The position numbers and the translations under genes were made by a program. DNA of 63,909 nt, the filler included, from Choristocarpus tenellus KU-1152 (taxonomy: Eukaryota > Protista > Phaeophyceae), in the NCBI GenBank assembly GCA_964200185.2. It is 13 parts of 13 records of this genome, joined end to end, with 100 filler letters (N's around TTAATTAATTAA, not from the genome) between each part and the next. Parts side by side here need not be neighbours in the genome. Positions count along the whole stretch, not along the records: positions 10,964 to 16,325 come from CAXNAD020011036.1; positions 16,426 to 19,210 come from CAXNAD020024777.1; positions 19,311 to 22,320 come from CAXNAD020022963.1; positions 22,421 to 25,861 come from CAXNAD020020002.1; 9 more parts are not named here. The stretch is one strand, 5' to 3'. This document shows, piece after piece, positions 11,420 through 22,679 of the stretch (its first letter is position 1; every line of letters begins with the position of its first letter). Under the pieces are notes generated by a model that was not told the DNA's origin, ran no database searches, and was given only the letters and a program-made list of their open reading frames with translations.

Positions 11420-12017
11420 GTTAGACATGCCCGTACCTGCCCCAGGGCAGGAGGCCAGATGGGACAACACACCCCTATGGTGAAACGCCTAAGTCAACTA
11501 TGCAAGGGGATGGGCATCCCTTACACTACGGAAGATGGTAGCCCCTTCACTATAGACAGGGATTTCCGCATGGATTTAGTCTTCCATGCAGGGGCACTCG
11601 TGAATGCAGGATCAGCACCCTCCTGGGACAAAGGCCTCCAGCTAGATGTTACGTTTGCAGAAGTGTAGGCAACCTCCTACCTTCCATACTCATGCACCAG
11701 CAATGGTGTAGCTGCTGCTGCAGCTGAGGCACGAAAGCTCACCCTATACGAGGGCTCTTTTGACCCTCGTAGTTATAACCTCAACACCTTCGTGGTGGAA
11801 AGTTTTGGGCGCCTCGGCAAGCAAGTGGAACGTTTCCTGGATGAGCTAGCTACGCACGTGATAGGGGGGAGAGGAACTGGAAGCTATGGTAGGAAAGAGG
11901 TGGTTAAATCCCGCCTATGACAAATAGTCTCGGAAACAGCGCAGGTGGCCCTGTAGAGATGTGTCATGCGTTTTAAGCTGGAGTCGCGAGGGAGATGGGC
12001 AAGAGGGGCTTGTTAGA
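11420..12017 (+). mobile_element. 3' part of a CRE-like non-LTR retrotransposon (zinc knuckle plus restriction-like endonuclease), decayed
   Basis: HARTCPRAGG...H, RMDLV...LDVT, AEARK...Y, FVVESFGRLG; in-frame stops. Confidence 0.8.
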
Positions 12018-13316
12018 TTTTTGGGATGCTTCCCTACCTCCTCACCCTAGGGTGCAGGAATAGTTAGGTTAGAGACACAGGAAGGCAGTGGTACAACATA
12101 GATGATAGTAAAAATAGCAATCAGAATAATGTTTTTAACATTAGTCACAACTGTTGCTTAGGGTTTTCCTGACATGTTAATAGTTTTCATTAGTTTTTCC
12201 TATGGCACATCGGGAAAATGTCAGAGGGCATAATAATAAAAAATATATCCAAGCATAGTTTGAGGATTGAACATAAATACTAATCTTTTTTATCTTTGAT
12301 GAAACATACACATTTTGGGGATATTATTACCTTCTCGAAAAAAAAAAGTGGGTGACGTAATTTTCGGGTTCTTACACCCTGTTAGTAAATATATATGTTC
12401 TTGTGGATGTAACGTGTAGCGTATCACCACTTCATCTACTACATCTGATCAGCAAAACTTGTAATATTTGAGAAATGGTTGAAAGAAGTTTTAAACCGTG
12501 GAAACTCTTTGAGCCTCCAAGCCTCTCAGTAACCCAGCACGTTGCCCATCGTACCTTATACTTTCTCGTGTGCCCTCATCAGTAAGGATCAGCTTACAGT
12601 AGATTGAGTACGACCTATACCCTAGTTGCGACACCAAGGTGCCCTCCCTCGTGCGTTTTTATATCGGGATGGATTGATGGCCATCTCGTACATCATCAAT
12701 GCTAATACCCTTGCGGACCGAATTCTCCTTACGCTGTGGCCCTATATTGGTATCCACAACACAATGATCCTTTTTGATCTTTAGAGGGTTCCCATATTCT
12801 CGCTATTGTCTCCCTATCTATGTCAAATCTCTCGACTCCCTTGATCGTGCTTTCGATAAAGGACCTGTGTTTTCTGCCTCGAAAGACCCACAAATCGCTG
12901 CCCTCCTTTTACCAAGTGTCAGAACCTTTCTTTGGGCTGTCTCAGACATCTTTTGAGTGTCACGGGGAATTTCTAATTTAAGTATTGTTTTCACCCTCCT
13001 TTCCTCCCCTCCTCTCTCACCAAACTAATAAAGTATTTGCTGTGATATATGAACTGGTGGTCAACGAGAGTGCACTTTTCACAACGGTGAAATCAGTTCA
13101 ATCAAATTCGTGATAGGAAACAAGCTATGTTGTAATATATACATCTAAATATGCAAAATTTTCGGGTCAAAGGTATCTGTTAGTCGTAGAACTAGTGGAT
13201 GCTATCACTGTCAACTCTATCCATGGGAAAAATATAATTATTCAGGATGGTGGACTGCGGATGAGGTTCTTCTTTCAGACCTCCCCTCCCCTTTTCAAAT
13301 TGATGAGTCAACCTTG

Positions 13317-13572
13317 GAGTGAAATTATCTTGGAGGGTACGAGTTTTGCTCTGTTTGTCCGATTGGGGCTTGGCTTCCCGTATTTTTTATGACATTTTCC
13401 TACTCCAACGTGTTTTGGAGTAGGTAAAATGTATACGTTACGAAAAGGTGTTTCCGGAACAAGGATATTGACACTTTTTAGTTAATATGATTGCCAAAGT
13501 TATATCAAAATCGCAACATTGGAGTTTGACCTTCAAATGGACGCGGCTCTACCCTCTAAGGTACTTTGGCTC
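13317..13572 (-). mobile_element. MITE family A, full-length, inverted
   Basis: GAGTGAAATTATCTTGGAGGGTAC ... TACCCTCTAAGGTACTTTGGCTC; internal sequence collinear with 970-1227. Confidence 0.92.
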
Positions 13573-15120
13573 ATGGCCAACCACTAATGTGAGACCCCGA
13601 CGGGTTTTTTTTTTCNNNNNNNNNAACAAGTTTTTTCCCATTTTTTACTTAAGATCATGGCCAAACTCAAATCAAAGACCCCGACGGGTTTTTTTTTTCG
13701 ATACCTATGATCTAGGGAAATATTTATACATTTTTCGAGGTATTATCTTTTTAAAAAAGGAAACTCCAAAGAGAGGAGAGATCAGATCCTGGCTACACTA
13801 TAGTCCTCGTGTCAAACAACTTGTTGACAACAGAGCAGAAAAAACACATACATCAAGGATCGTTCTACAGTGCAAGGGGTATTTTTCACTAATACTCCAG
13901 AACCATGTGAACCCTGGCCTTCGATGCCTGTCTGTGTAGTCTTTGAGATAGGAAGACAAGAGAAATTGAGTCGCATGACACAATCAGAAACACTTCCGAT
14001 TCCAGGGATGTCACTAGGAGCGAAAGAAACTGCATGCGCATGTGTCGCGCAATTCCTCTTTTCATGGGGCGCTTACTCAAGGTTTCCCAGTGCATTTAAC
14101 AATGACTGCGATGGATGACCTACTACAAAAATCTGGCCTTCATCACGTGGACTACACCCCTCATCCTTACGATACTTCAACATACATTGGAAGAAGAATG
14201 ACCATGTATGACAATGCTCTACTTTGACTGCTACAGTTCTCACGAGATCCATCAAACTTAACGAAGCAGTTACTACATATCTATGAAAGAAAGGGTTTAC
14301 GTTTTCACTATTACAAAGGGAAGTAGTTCTCAAGATTTTATCACGCTTTCTAGGCAATTTTTTTTTTCCAAATTTTGTTCAATTGGTCAGCTCGAATTTC
14401 CATTATCTGGTTCTATGTCTAATGTTTACTTCTGGTGATGCATTTGGTCGAAAGTCTGTGGCTTGAGTTTCAAATCGGAGTAACGCTTGAACCCCATCTA
14501 TAACAATATATTCAGCTGCTGGTGTCCGCATAAAAATGTTATGGCCTTTTTTCAGGTCCTGATAGATTTCGTTTTCTTCTAGCTCGCAGAAAGACACTAC
14601 CGAAGACCATACACGGTAGTCAGGGAGAAAGGGAGTAGGTGAAAAAGTTCGAGTGATTTTCCTCCGAAACTCAAATACAATCTTAAGTTATTGGCGCTCC
14701 AAGCGAGAACTTCCAGGATGGTGAATAACGAAAAGCAAGAGTCTGAGAGGACTGGCCTCGGAAGCAACTGCAAACGAGGGGACTTCCCAAAACAAGAGGA
14801 GGCTGAAGAAAGACCAAACAAGGCCGCACCCCTCGAGTGAGGAAGAACTGGGTGGAGGAATCCCTGGACATAATGTTTAAGAGATTAGGAAGGCTGGTGC
14901 CAAAGAGCAGACGGAGAAGGTCAGTTGGTCAGCACAGAGGTTCTTTCCGAGAGGTAGGCACGGTTGTAGTTTGTTATCTACAACCATAAGGTGTAGAGTT
15001 AGGGTTAGGGTTAGGGTTAGGAAACCAACACTGAGTTATAGGAGAAGTGGTACAGCAATATCTTATAGTGTGCTCCGGGGAACCATCACCTCTGATGGAT
15101 CACCACTGAACACTTTTTCA

Positions 15121-15229
15121 GAGTGAAATTATCTTAGAGGGTACGAGTTTTGCCCTGTTTGTCCGTTTGGGGCTTGGCTTCCCAAGGGTATTTGATGACA
15201 TTTTAGCTACTCCGAAACATTTCAGAGTA
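15121..15229 (-). mobile_element. MITE family A, partial copy (one end)
   Basis: Starts at TIR GAGTGAAATTATCTTAGAGGGTAC; homology stops at the internal hairpin. Confidence 0.85.
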
Positions 15230-15797
15230 CTGTGGATCGTGTGATTCTGTGACAGTATGGTTCTCTCCGGCAAGGGTGGCGAAGATAATCTCCAGGCAAG
15301 ACGGTCCAGACGAACAAAGACGAACCGTAACCAAGAAGACAAGGTTATGGTTGCACAAGTGCAAGATTGAAAGGACTTGCAGGAAAAAGTGGGGAACTGA
15401 GGGAGTGGGGAGGATCACGATTCGGATGGGTTTCGGAAAGGAAACCCTCCAGAGATACAGAATCCGTCTTCAGAAAACCATGCTCATAAAGAGATGTTGC
15501 AGGAAGACACGGAAATCTATCACTCACTATACCCACCTGCGACAAAATGACACACAAACGATTTGTCTAAACTAGATGGACGACCTAAGTAAATGATTGT
15601 TTTAAGTACATAAACATCCAATTAAACAAACATAATAATTTTGCAATGATCTGTACCACACATACACACGATAATCTCTTTCTTTACTGAAACGATAGGT
15701 TACAACATGACGGCAATGTATGATATACAGACTATGCAAAGGAGTATGATAACAGTAAATACGAATTCTCAAGTCAACAACACAAGGGGCGAGAATT

Positions 15798-16206
15798 CTA
15801 CTGGCTATCCAATCCTTTTACTGCACGATAGGCTGCAATCATTTCACGGCATTGTGGGATCTGTTCTATTCTTCTGTGAAGACCACAAGACGGTCCATAG
15901 CCACAAAGACAAAGGTGAGAGATAACATTAGTGGACGGACGACGACCAGGACCAGGTCTATGTTCTGCAATGCTATCAATAGTGTATTGGCCAATAACAG
16001 GTTGAGAGATTTGATGATCTACATCCAGTAATGGTATTGGGTTTCCCAGAAACAAATAATCCAGTTCATTTAAATCTGGTGTGGGAGGTTGGACTTGAGG
16101 ATAAAAACGTTTCATCCTACCCAGACCAACGGAAAATGGATGTGGGTTTCCAGGTAGTACTAACCTGTATACGATGGGCGTTACCTTAGAATGTACTTCA
16201 TACGGA
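15798..16206 (-). mobile_element. Ty3/Gypsy integrase C-terminus with chromodomain (chromovirus-like), decayed
   Basis: GPY/F-like PYEVHSKVTPIVYRL followed by YTIDSIAEHR...GYGPS...IPQCREMIAAYR. Confidence 0.75.
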
Positions 16207-16325
16207 GAGTGAAAGTAACTTAGAGGGTACGAATTTTGCCCTGTTTGTCCATTTGGGACTTGGCTTCCCACAGGTGTTTTATGACATTTTCCTACTCCGA
16301 TATGTTTCGGAGTAGGTAAAATTTG
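16207..16325 (-). mobile_element. MITE family A, truncated by contig end, inserted in the Gypsy integrase
   Basis: TIR GAGTGAAAGTAACTTAGAGGGTAC and collinear internal sequence. Confidence 0.88.
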
Positions 16326-17108
16326 NNNNNNNNNNNNNNNNNNNNNNNNNNNNNNNNNNNNNNNNNNNNTTAATTAATTAANNNNNNNNNNNNNNNNNNN
16401 NNNNNNNNNNNNNNNNNNNNNNNNNCCCCGTCACAAACCAACCCCCCCCCCCCAGATGCTTTAACCCTGGTCTTACCTACGTTCTCAGTCAGCGGAATCG
16501 AGACCATAAAGTCCCCTTGTAATATTAATTTTGCTCTCGTCTACATTAAGCTGTTCTTTGTCCTTCATTAAAGCACCAAAGCCACGGGTCCAGTGTGGGA
16601 TACTTTAGCATCTCTCCATTCTCTTTCCATTATTTCCTGTTTATGCGATGTTGTCACCTGCTGGCTAAGGCTCACTCATGGGGACCCAGGCCTCTGAACA
16701 AGACAATCCATGCCAAGTCAAATGAGGTATTCTGAAGGTGCAGGCCTTCTGTGAGAGACTTGAATGTCTTGTACACCCTGTCTAATTTGGTGCACTCCAT
16801 GCCTTTCTCGTTGGAATATATCGAGTGGTAAGCAATACTCATCCTGAAGAACCTCTCCACATTTACTCTGGACAGCCCCCCTTCCTCCTTAAGACTGACA
16901 GGAATGTGTAGTCACAATGGCCTCGTACATAGTGCTTCACCTGCCCCCAGAACATCTCTATCGGGTTCAGTTCACAGTGTCCTGTGAGGGACAAGCCACA
17001 ACTCCGAGCTCATTGTGCGTCACGGTGTCCTATGAGTGGCTTAAACAGTATTTAGCCGAAGTCCGCCCACGTACCGTTTTGGCCGTTACCAATCTTGTTT
17101 TTTTTTAA

Positions 17109-17377
17109 AGGTCAACCAACGAGTTAATCGACGATTGGCATATCAAATGAAAGCTCTGGATCTAGGCTATCGATTTACGCAAAGCAATTCTTTCGCAAAA
17201 TAGTTTTGGTTCTGATAATTCATTCCGAAAAATTTTCAAGGTTGTGCCGAAAACATTCGGTTAAAATTTATCCTTACCAAAATAATTTTGCGAAAGAATT
17301 CCTTTCCGGAAATTGATAGCTTAGATCGAGAGTCTTCATTCGATATGCTGATCATCGCTTAACTCCTTGGGCAACCT
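17109..17377. mobile_element. Foldback MITE with ~110-bp imperfect inverted arms
   Basis: Left arm AGGTCAACCAACGAGTTAATCGACGATTGGCATATCAAATGAA...GATAA matches the reverse complement of the right arm ending CTTAACTCCTTGGGCAACCT; TTAA on the left flank. Confidence 0.85.
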
Positions 17378-18127
17378 TTTCAAACAAATCAAGACCAGTC
17401 TGATCCTAGAGGTGACTTCCAACACTATACAAGATAGAAGAGGTAAGGTTGTACCAGTAACTTCGCCCTCTTTGACAATCGTAGTTTTTTTCACCAGAAC
17501 GCCACAACAGTCATATAACAATGTGCATATCAAATGACAGGGTATGGCAAGAGCTTTTGAAGGTTTGTATCCACGAATGTGTCCAGGCTTCGGGAACGGG
17601 AGCTATATCCCGATCAAGGAATGGCAAAAACGCGGGGGAATATCTCCGGCGCAATTTTGAAGGTCACCACTTCTAAGCGGACAAAAATGAAGTGGTTGGC
17701 TGAATTGCTTGCAAAAACCTGATCCGGGGCACATGACTGCCCAAGTATGGACAGTTTGGCGATACCGCAAAAAACTCAACATTTCCAGACATATTTTTAA
17801 CGCCTTTTGTAGACTTTTTGTGAGCACACACACGTGTGACTTACACAACAACATGAACCACGACGTTGAGACAAGGAGAGCCGCCGAGGTCACTTTGCCC
17901 CCTGGATCTACACTCGTCACCTTCTCTGTCGAGAGGCGACGGAAAAGCAAGTACTGTGTGACACTCAGTGCGATGTTAGGTGATGAGAAAGTGCGAGTAG
18001 TGTGGCGCAGCACAGCATAATCAAATCGCGAAATGGATCACAGGGCTGCGACGCTGACGCCGAGAGAAGATGTATTGAAAACATTACCACACAAACGTGG
18101 TTGGATCTTCTACCACGTCGGAGCACT

Positions 18128-18306
18128 GGGTAAAAGTATCTGGGGGGGGGAACGGGTCTACACCAGGGTGTCCATTTGACCCCAAATCAGGAAAAGTATA
18201 TTTACATTATCCATCCGAAGTATGCAGCCAAATTACCCAATAATCGCGATATGAAAAAATGGACCCCAAATGGACAGCCGCCACCCCCCCCTAGATACTT
18301 TGAGCC
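18128..18306. mobile_element. MITE family B (179 bp), related to family A
   Basis: TIRs GGGTAAAAGTATCTGGGGGGGG / CCCCCCCCTAGATACTTTGAGCC; ACT duplicated on both flanks; subterminal GTCCATTTG and CAAATGGAC. Confidence 0.85.
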
Positions 18307-19210
18307 ACTGCTCTGCAGTCTCTGCCAAATCGGGAAAGCAGGAAGAGATCGGCGAGTCCATCACCTTGTGGTACAGAGACGAAGTCTGTGGGGAAGCCTG
18401 GTTACGGCAGGCGAAGGGAGAACCAGGGTGGTCGCCCGAAGGGAAGATTGTGGAGGAGAGTAGTGCGACTGCGTGCCATTGCGCTCAGGAAGGGCCTAAG
18501 CGAGAACCTGACTGTAGAATATCTTTGTAGTCGACTGTTGCAGCAGGCCCTGGCTGTCTGGAAGCTGTGCGAGCCACAGTGGCTTATGGAAACGAGAAAG
18601 AAAGGGTTAGGGTTGAGCTACAAGGGCTCTGAAGCCCGAAAGAAGGTCGAAAGGGCTCGCAAGATGGAGGAGAAAGCGATCATAACAAAGGCAGCTGTGA
18701 AGACTTTTCTATTCCACCAAATCCTTTACTTAGAAGAGGTCACCAAGCAGGTGGAGGTAGCCTTCGACAAGGACGCCAGGGAAGAAGAGGAGGTGAAATT
18801 GAGATTATTTGCACACTGATGGTTTGGTGTCTTCCACTTCTTGCAAGATGCCGTACATTCACTTTTGTTCCTTGACTTGGGGTTGGATGTATAAAGTTGA
18901 TTAAGGCTTTCTCCCCACCTACATTCATTCGAGAAATCAACGCAATTTTCGATCAACTCAAGCCTGTCCTCCCTCGCCCTTGCGCCTTGATGATAAACTA
19001 TCACCTTTCCAGGAAACCCGGACAATGCCCATTTCCGGCGCTCAACAAGGAAATGTGATAATTCAGGCTCGAACACTGCGAATCTTGTACGTGTGTAAGA
19101 ACGACAGGAAAGACCGTCAAACGGTGTTCAAGATGGCAGCAGTATATAACAGGGATTTCTCAAAATTGAGGATGGTGCAGGACTATGAGGATGGTTGTTT
19201 TGCGAAAACG
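18307..19210 (+). pseudogene. Disrupted intronless reading frame, unclassified (possibly a transposon ORF)
   Basis: Consecutive 143-aa and ~77-aa frames with a few stops between them, no splice signals, runs off the contig; family not recognised. Confidence 0.4.
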
Positions 19211-19607
19211 NNNNNNNNNNNNNNNNNNNNNNNNNNNNNNNNNNNNNNNNNNNNTTAATTAATTAANNNNNNNNNNNNNNNNNNNNNNNNNNNNNNNNNN
19301 NNNNNNNNNNCCCACACGCCTCCAATGTATACAAAACCTCCATTTGCCAGTGTATGTGCCCCCCCCCCGCCCTCTCTCTCTATATATATATATATATATG
19401 GTATACACACTATCTGTGGTAGTACTCTCTGGAGAGGAAGAGAGTATTGCAAGCCTGTCTGGTCTGTTTTGATACATTCACACACGCACGCACGCACGCA
19501 CACACGCATACATGATTTCATGTCTCATATGCTTCTTTTTTTTCGCTTTTTTTGTTGATTTTTTCATGTTTTATTTATTTATTTACTTTTGTATACCTAT
19601 TTTTTAG

Positions 19608-19774
19608 GAGCTCGTGCGGTGGACAAACACTTCCTACACGCTCCACTTGAAAAGAATCTTCCTATTCTGATGGGTCTCCTGGGTGTGTGGAACATCACCT
19701 TCATGGGGTACAAGACTCGGACGATCTTGCCCTACGCAGAAGCTCTACTCAAGTTTCCTGCACACATTCAACAG
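19608..19774 (+). CDS. GPI: Glucose-6-phosphate isomerase, single internal exon
   Basis: GARAVDKHFLHAPLEKNLPILMGLLGVWN...ILPYAEALLKFPAHIQQ bounded by TAG and GT. Confidence 0.93.
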
Positions 19775-19955
19775 GTTAGGGGTTAGGGGTTAGGGGTTAG
19801 GGTTAGGGTTAGGGTGAAGGATCGCAATAGGGTTTGGGTGAAAGATTGAGATAGGTTTGGGGTTAGGGTTCTGATGAAGGATTGGGACAGGGTTAGGGTT
19901 AGGGTGAAGGATCACAATAGGGTTCGGGTGAAGGACTGGGATAGGGTTAGGGTTG
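19775..19955 (+). repeat. Interstitial telomere-type (TTAGGG/TTAGGGG)n tract with degenerate derivatives
   Basis: GTTAGGGGTTAGGGGTTAGGGGTTAGGGTTAGGGTTAGGG followed by repeated GGGTGAAGGAT variants. Confidence 0.9.
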
Positions 19956-20553
19956 TTGAGTCAACAGAATTTGATGGGAGGTGCCCAGACAGAGTTTCAT
20001 TTTAAGGGAGTTGACAAATACGTCAGGCTTTTTTTTTTTAACAAATGTTTGTAGGTATAGGATATATTTTGATTTGTGTTGGAACTAACCCTGATGGATA
20101 ATAAATAAAAAATAAATATTAAAACTTGATCCCTAGAAATGTGATAGCAAATAATTGCAAGATGTTTAAAAGAAAAAAAAACTGTCTTTAAATAAATAAC
20201 GGGTCAACTCTCATTTAATTTGACTCGTTAGGGGTGTGTTCTGGCTGAGATTTTAGGAGATTGTGTGTGTGTGTATTAATGTTACATGGTTGTAATGTTT
20301 TTGTGTTTATATTTTTTGGAAGGCGTCAACCTGTAGGCACATAGTATCTAGAGAGGATTCAATCTTGTCTGTGGAAGGAGGGGTTGGCAAGATGCATTGA
20401 AGGCGTTAGGTGTTATTGGGTGTTATTGAGTGTGAAGACAAAAAAATGCTTTTATTTTTTATATTGTTTGAAATGTGTGTGGGGATAATGTCATGTGTAT
20501 TGTATCAATGGGTTAGAAGAGTTGTGAGAGTGTTGTAAAATGTGTCGGTAGTG

Positions 20554-20652
20554 GTAGAAGTGTTGTGAAAGCGTTGTGGAATGTGTCAGTAGTAGTAGAA
20601 GTGTTGTGAAAGCGTTGTGGAATGTGTCAGTAGTAGTAGAAGTGTTGTGAAT
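20554..20652. repeat. 41-bp tandem repeat, about 2.5 copies
   Basis: GTAGAAGTGTTGTGAA at 20554, 20595 and 20636. Confidence 0.85.
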
Positions 20653-22281
20653 GTGTGTTGCAGAACACATTCGTACTATTATTAATATTATTATTATTGG
20701 TTGATGAAATTTGAAGTAATGGTTGAGGGCTATTGGGGTTGTTGAGCATCACTAGTGTTTTTTTTTTTGTATGGTTATGTGGAAATAATACAAATATTAT
20801 AAATAATATAATATCATCACTCTGTATAATATTCTTCCGTTCTTTTTTGTGGAGTGTTGTGGTAGACGCGCTACATGGCACGTGAAGTACTGTTGTACCT
20901 CATTATGTATCAGTAGTATTGCACTGTACCTATAGAGCCGGTGCATAATAATAACCCTCCGGGGTTTTGTGAGTAGTTTATGATCGATGTTGTGTGCACA
21001 AAAATAAAAATGGAGCGATTCTTCCCAAAAATAAATAAATATTCTGCCAGGTCAGTAGGTGGAGAGACTTCTAATTTGACCCTGCTCACATTGTTGTTCC
21101 TTTTGTTTTTACTGTGTTTGCTGTTGTGACAGGCGTGTGCCATCTGTTCATTATTGTTTTTATTGTGTTTTTTCTATTTAGAACCTTGGTCTCGGACTAG
21201 AACAGTTCTCCCTCCGTTTCTACCCAGGGTTAGGGTTAGGACCACCCTGTGGTGAGAGGCATCGGTTCTCATCACAACCTCGAACTGAGCGTGTGGTTAG
21301 TGTCGTAACTGACTGATTGCAGTATCCCGTGGGTGTCCTGTGAAGTATCATTTTTTTTGTCTCGTGAGAGTCCCGTAATTAGGTGGGTTTACTCACTGGG
21401 ATGTACGCGATGAAGCGTTTCCACTACCGTAATGTTTGTTTGTTTTTATTTTTGTGGGTTAGTGTTGGACAGGAGAGGGTACACGTGCAGTTTGGTTTGG
21501 TGTACCTTTCGGTTGTGTGGTTCAAGGAGGAAACAAAAAATCCTTGAAATAAACTCTCTTTCAAATTCTCTTTTTTTTCTTGGTGGAGGGTTGGAACATG
21601 ACACGCGCGTTCTCGAGCGAATTCGTTTTTGGCGTGTAGGGTCTTAAAAAAAAAATTGAGTACGATTTGAGGTGATTGGCATTATTAAGAGTTTTGTTTT
21701 TGATTTTGATTTTGATGGTGTTAGGGTTATGTCGTGTGTGTGGTTGCATGTAGCTGTGACGACGATCGATTGGTGGTGTCGACTTTTTTTTTCCATTTTT
21801 GTTTTTTATTGACTGTAAATTTGTTTCCTTTTCTATTTGTTGGGAAAATTATTATAATTTATAATTATAATAATAATAATTTATAATAAATTATAATTTA
21901 TTTGTTTGTTTTCGACAGTGGTACAATATGATGTACCAAACAACTGTGGACAAGGCTCTTTGAACAGTTAGTATTGTTAATGTTAGTATTATTATTAATA
22001 ATAATATTGTTATTATTATGATATTTGTCTGTAATGAAGTCGACACGAAGGAGGGATTTACTGATATATTTTGATATTTTATATTTTGGAGTCTGCCACG
22101 AGAATCAGCCTACAGACACAGTGTTCTGCTCCTTGATGTGAATTGATGTGGTACTAGCTCCTGTATTCTTCAACTCTATACATACACGACCCCCCCCTCC
22201 CCCCCACCCCACCCCCACTCCCTGATACTCAAGTAGAGCTTGGGGCTCAATCGATAACCTGTACCGTTTCTCTCTCCTTGT

Positions 22282-22320
<39 letters not shown>

Positions 22321-22679
22321 NNNNNNNNNNNNNNNNNNNNNNNNNNNNNNNNNNNNNNNNNNNNTTAATTAATTAANNNNNNNNNNNNNNNNNNNNNNNN
22401 NNNNNNNNNNNNNNNNNNNNTTGCCGCCCCCCCCCCCCCCGAAAAATACACCCTTCTTCAAAGCATGCATGAATGAGTGCTAACCAACACATAACCTGCA
22501 CAGGAGCAAAGATCACAATGACAACTCACAACACATCAGAACCTCCTTGGGAACAACACATGCACCGCCAAATTACAAAAAAAAAGGAAACAATACGTAC
22601 ACACATTTCCCGATAAGAAAAAAACTAACCCCAACCCTAACCCTATCTTAGGTTTTTTTGGGGGGGTGAACCGACTCAC

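Noticed and set aside
13572-13700. Duplication flanking a 9-N gap
   Set aside because: Probably a scaffolding overlap or a short tandem repeat at an assembly gap
17020-17080. Hammerhead-like CTATGAG...GGCT...AGCC-GAAG
   Set aside because: Both core boxes deviate and no closing stems are present
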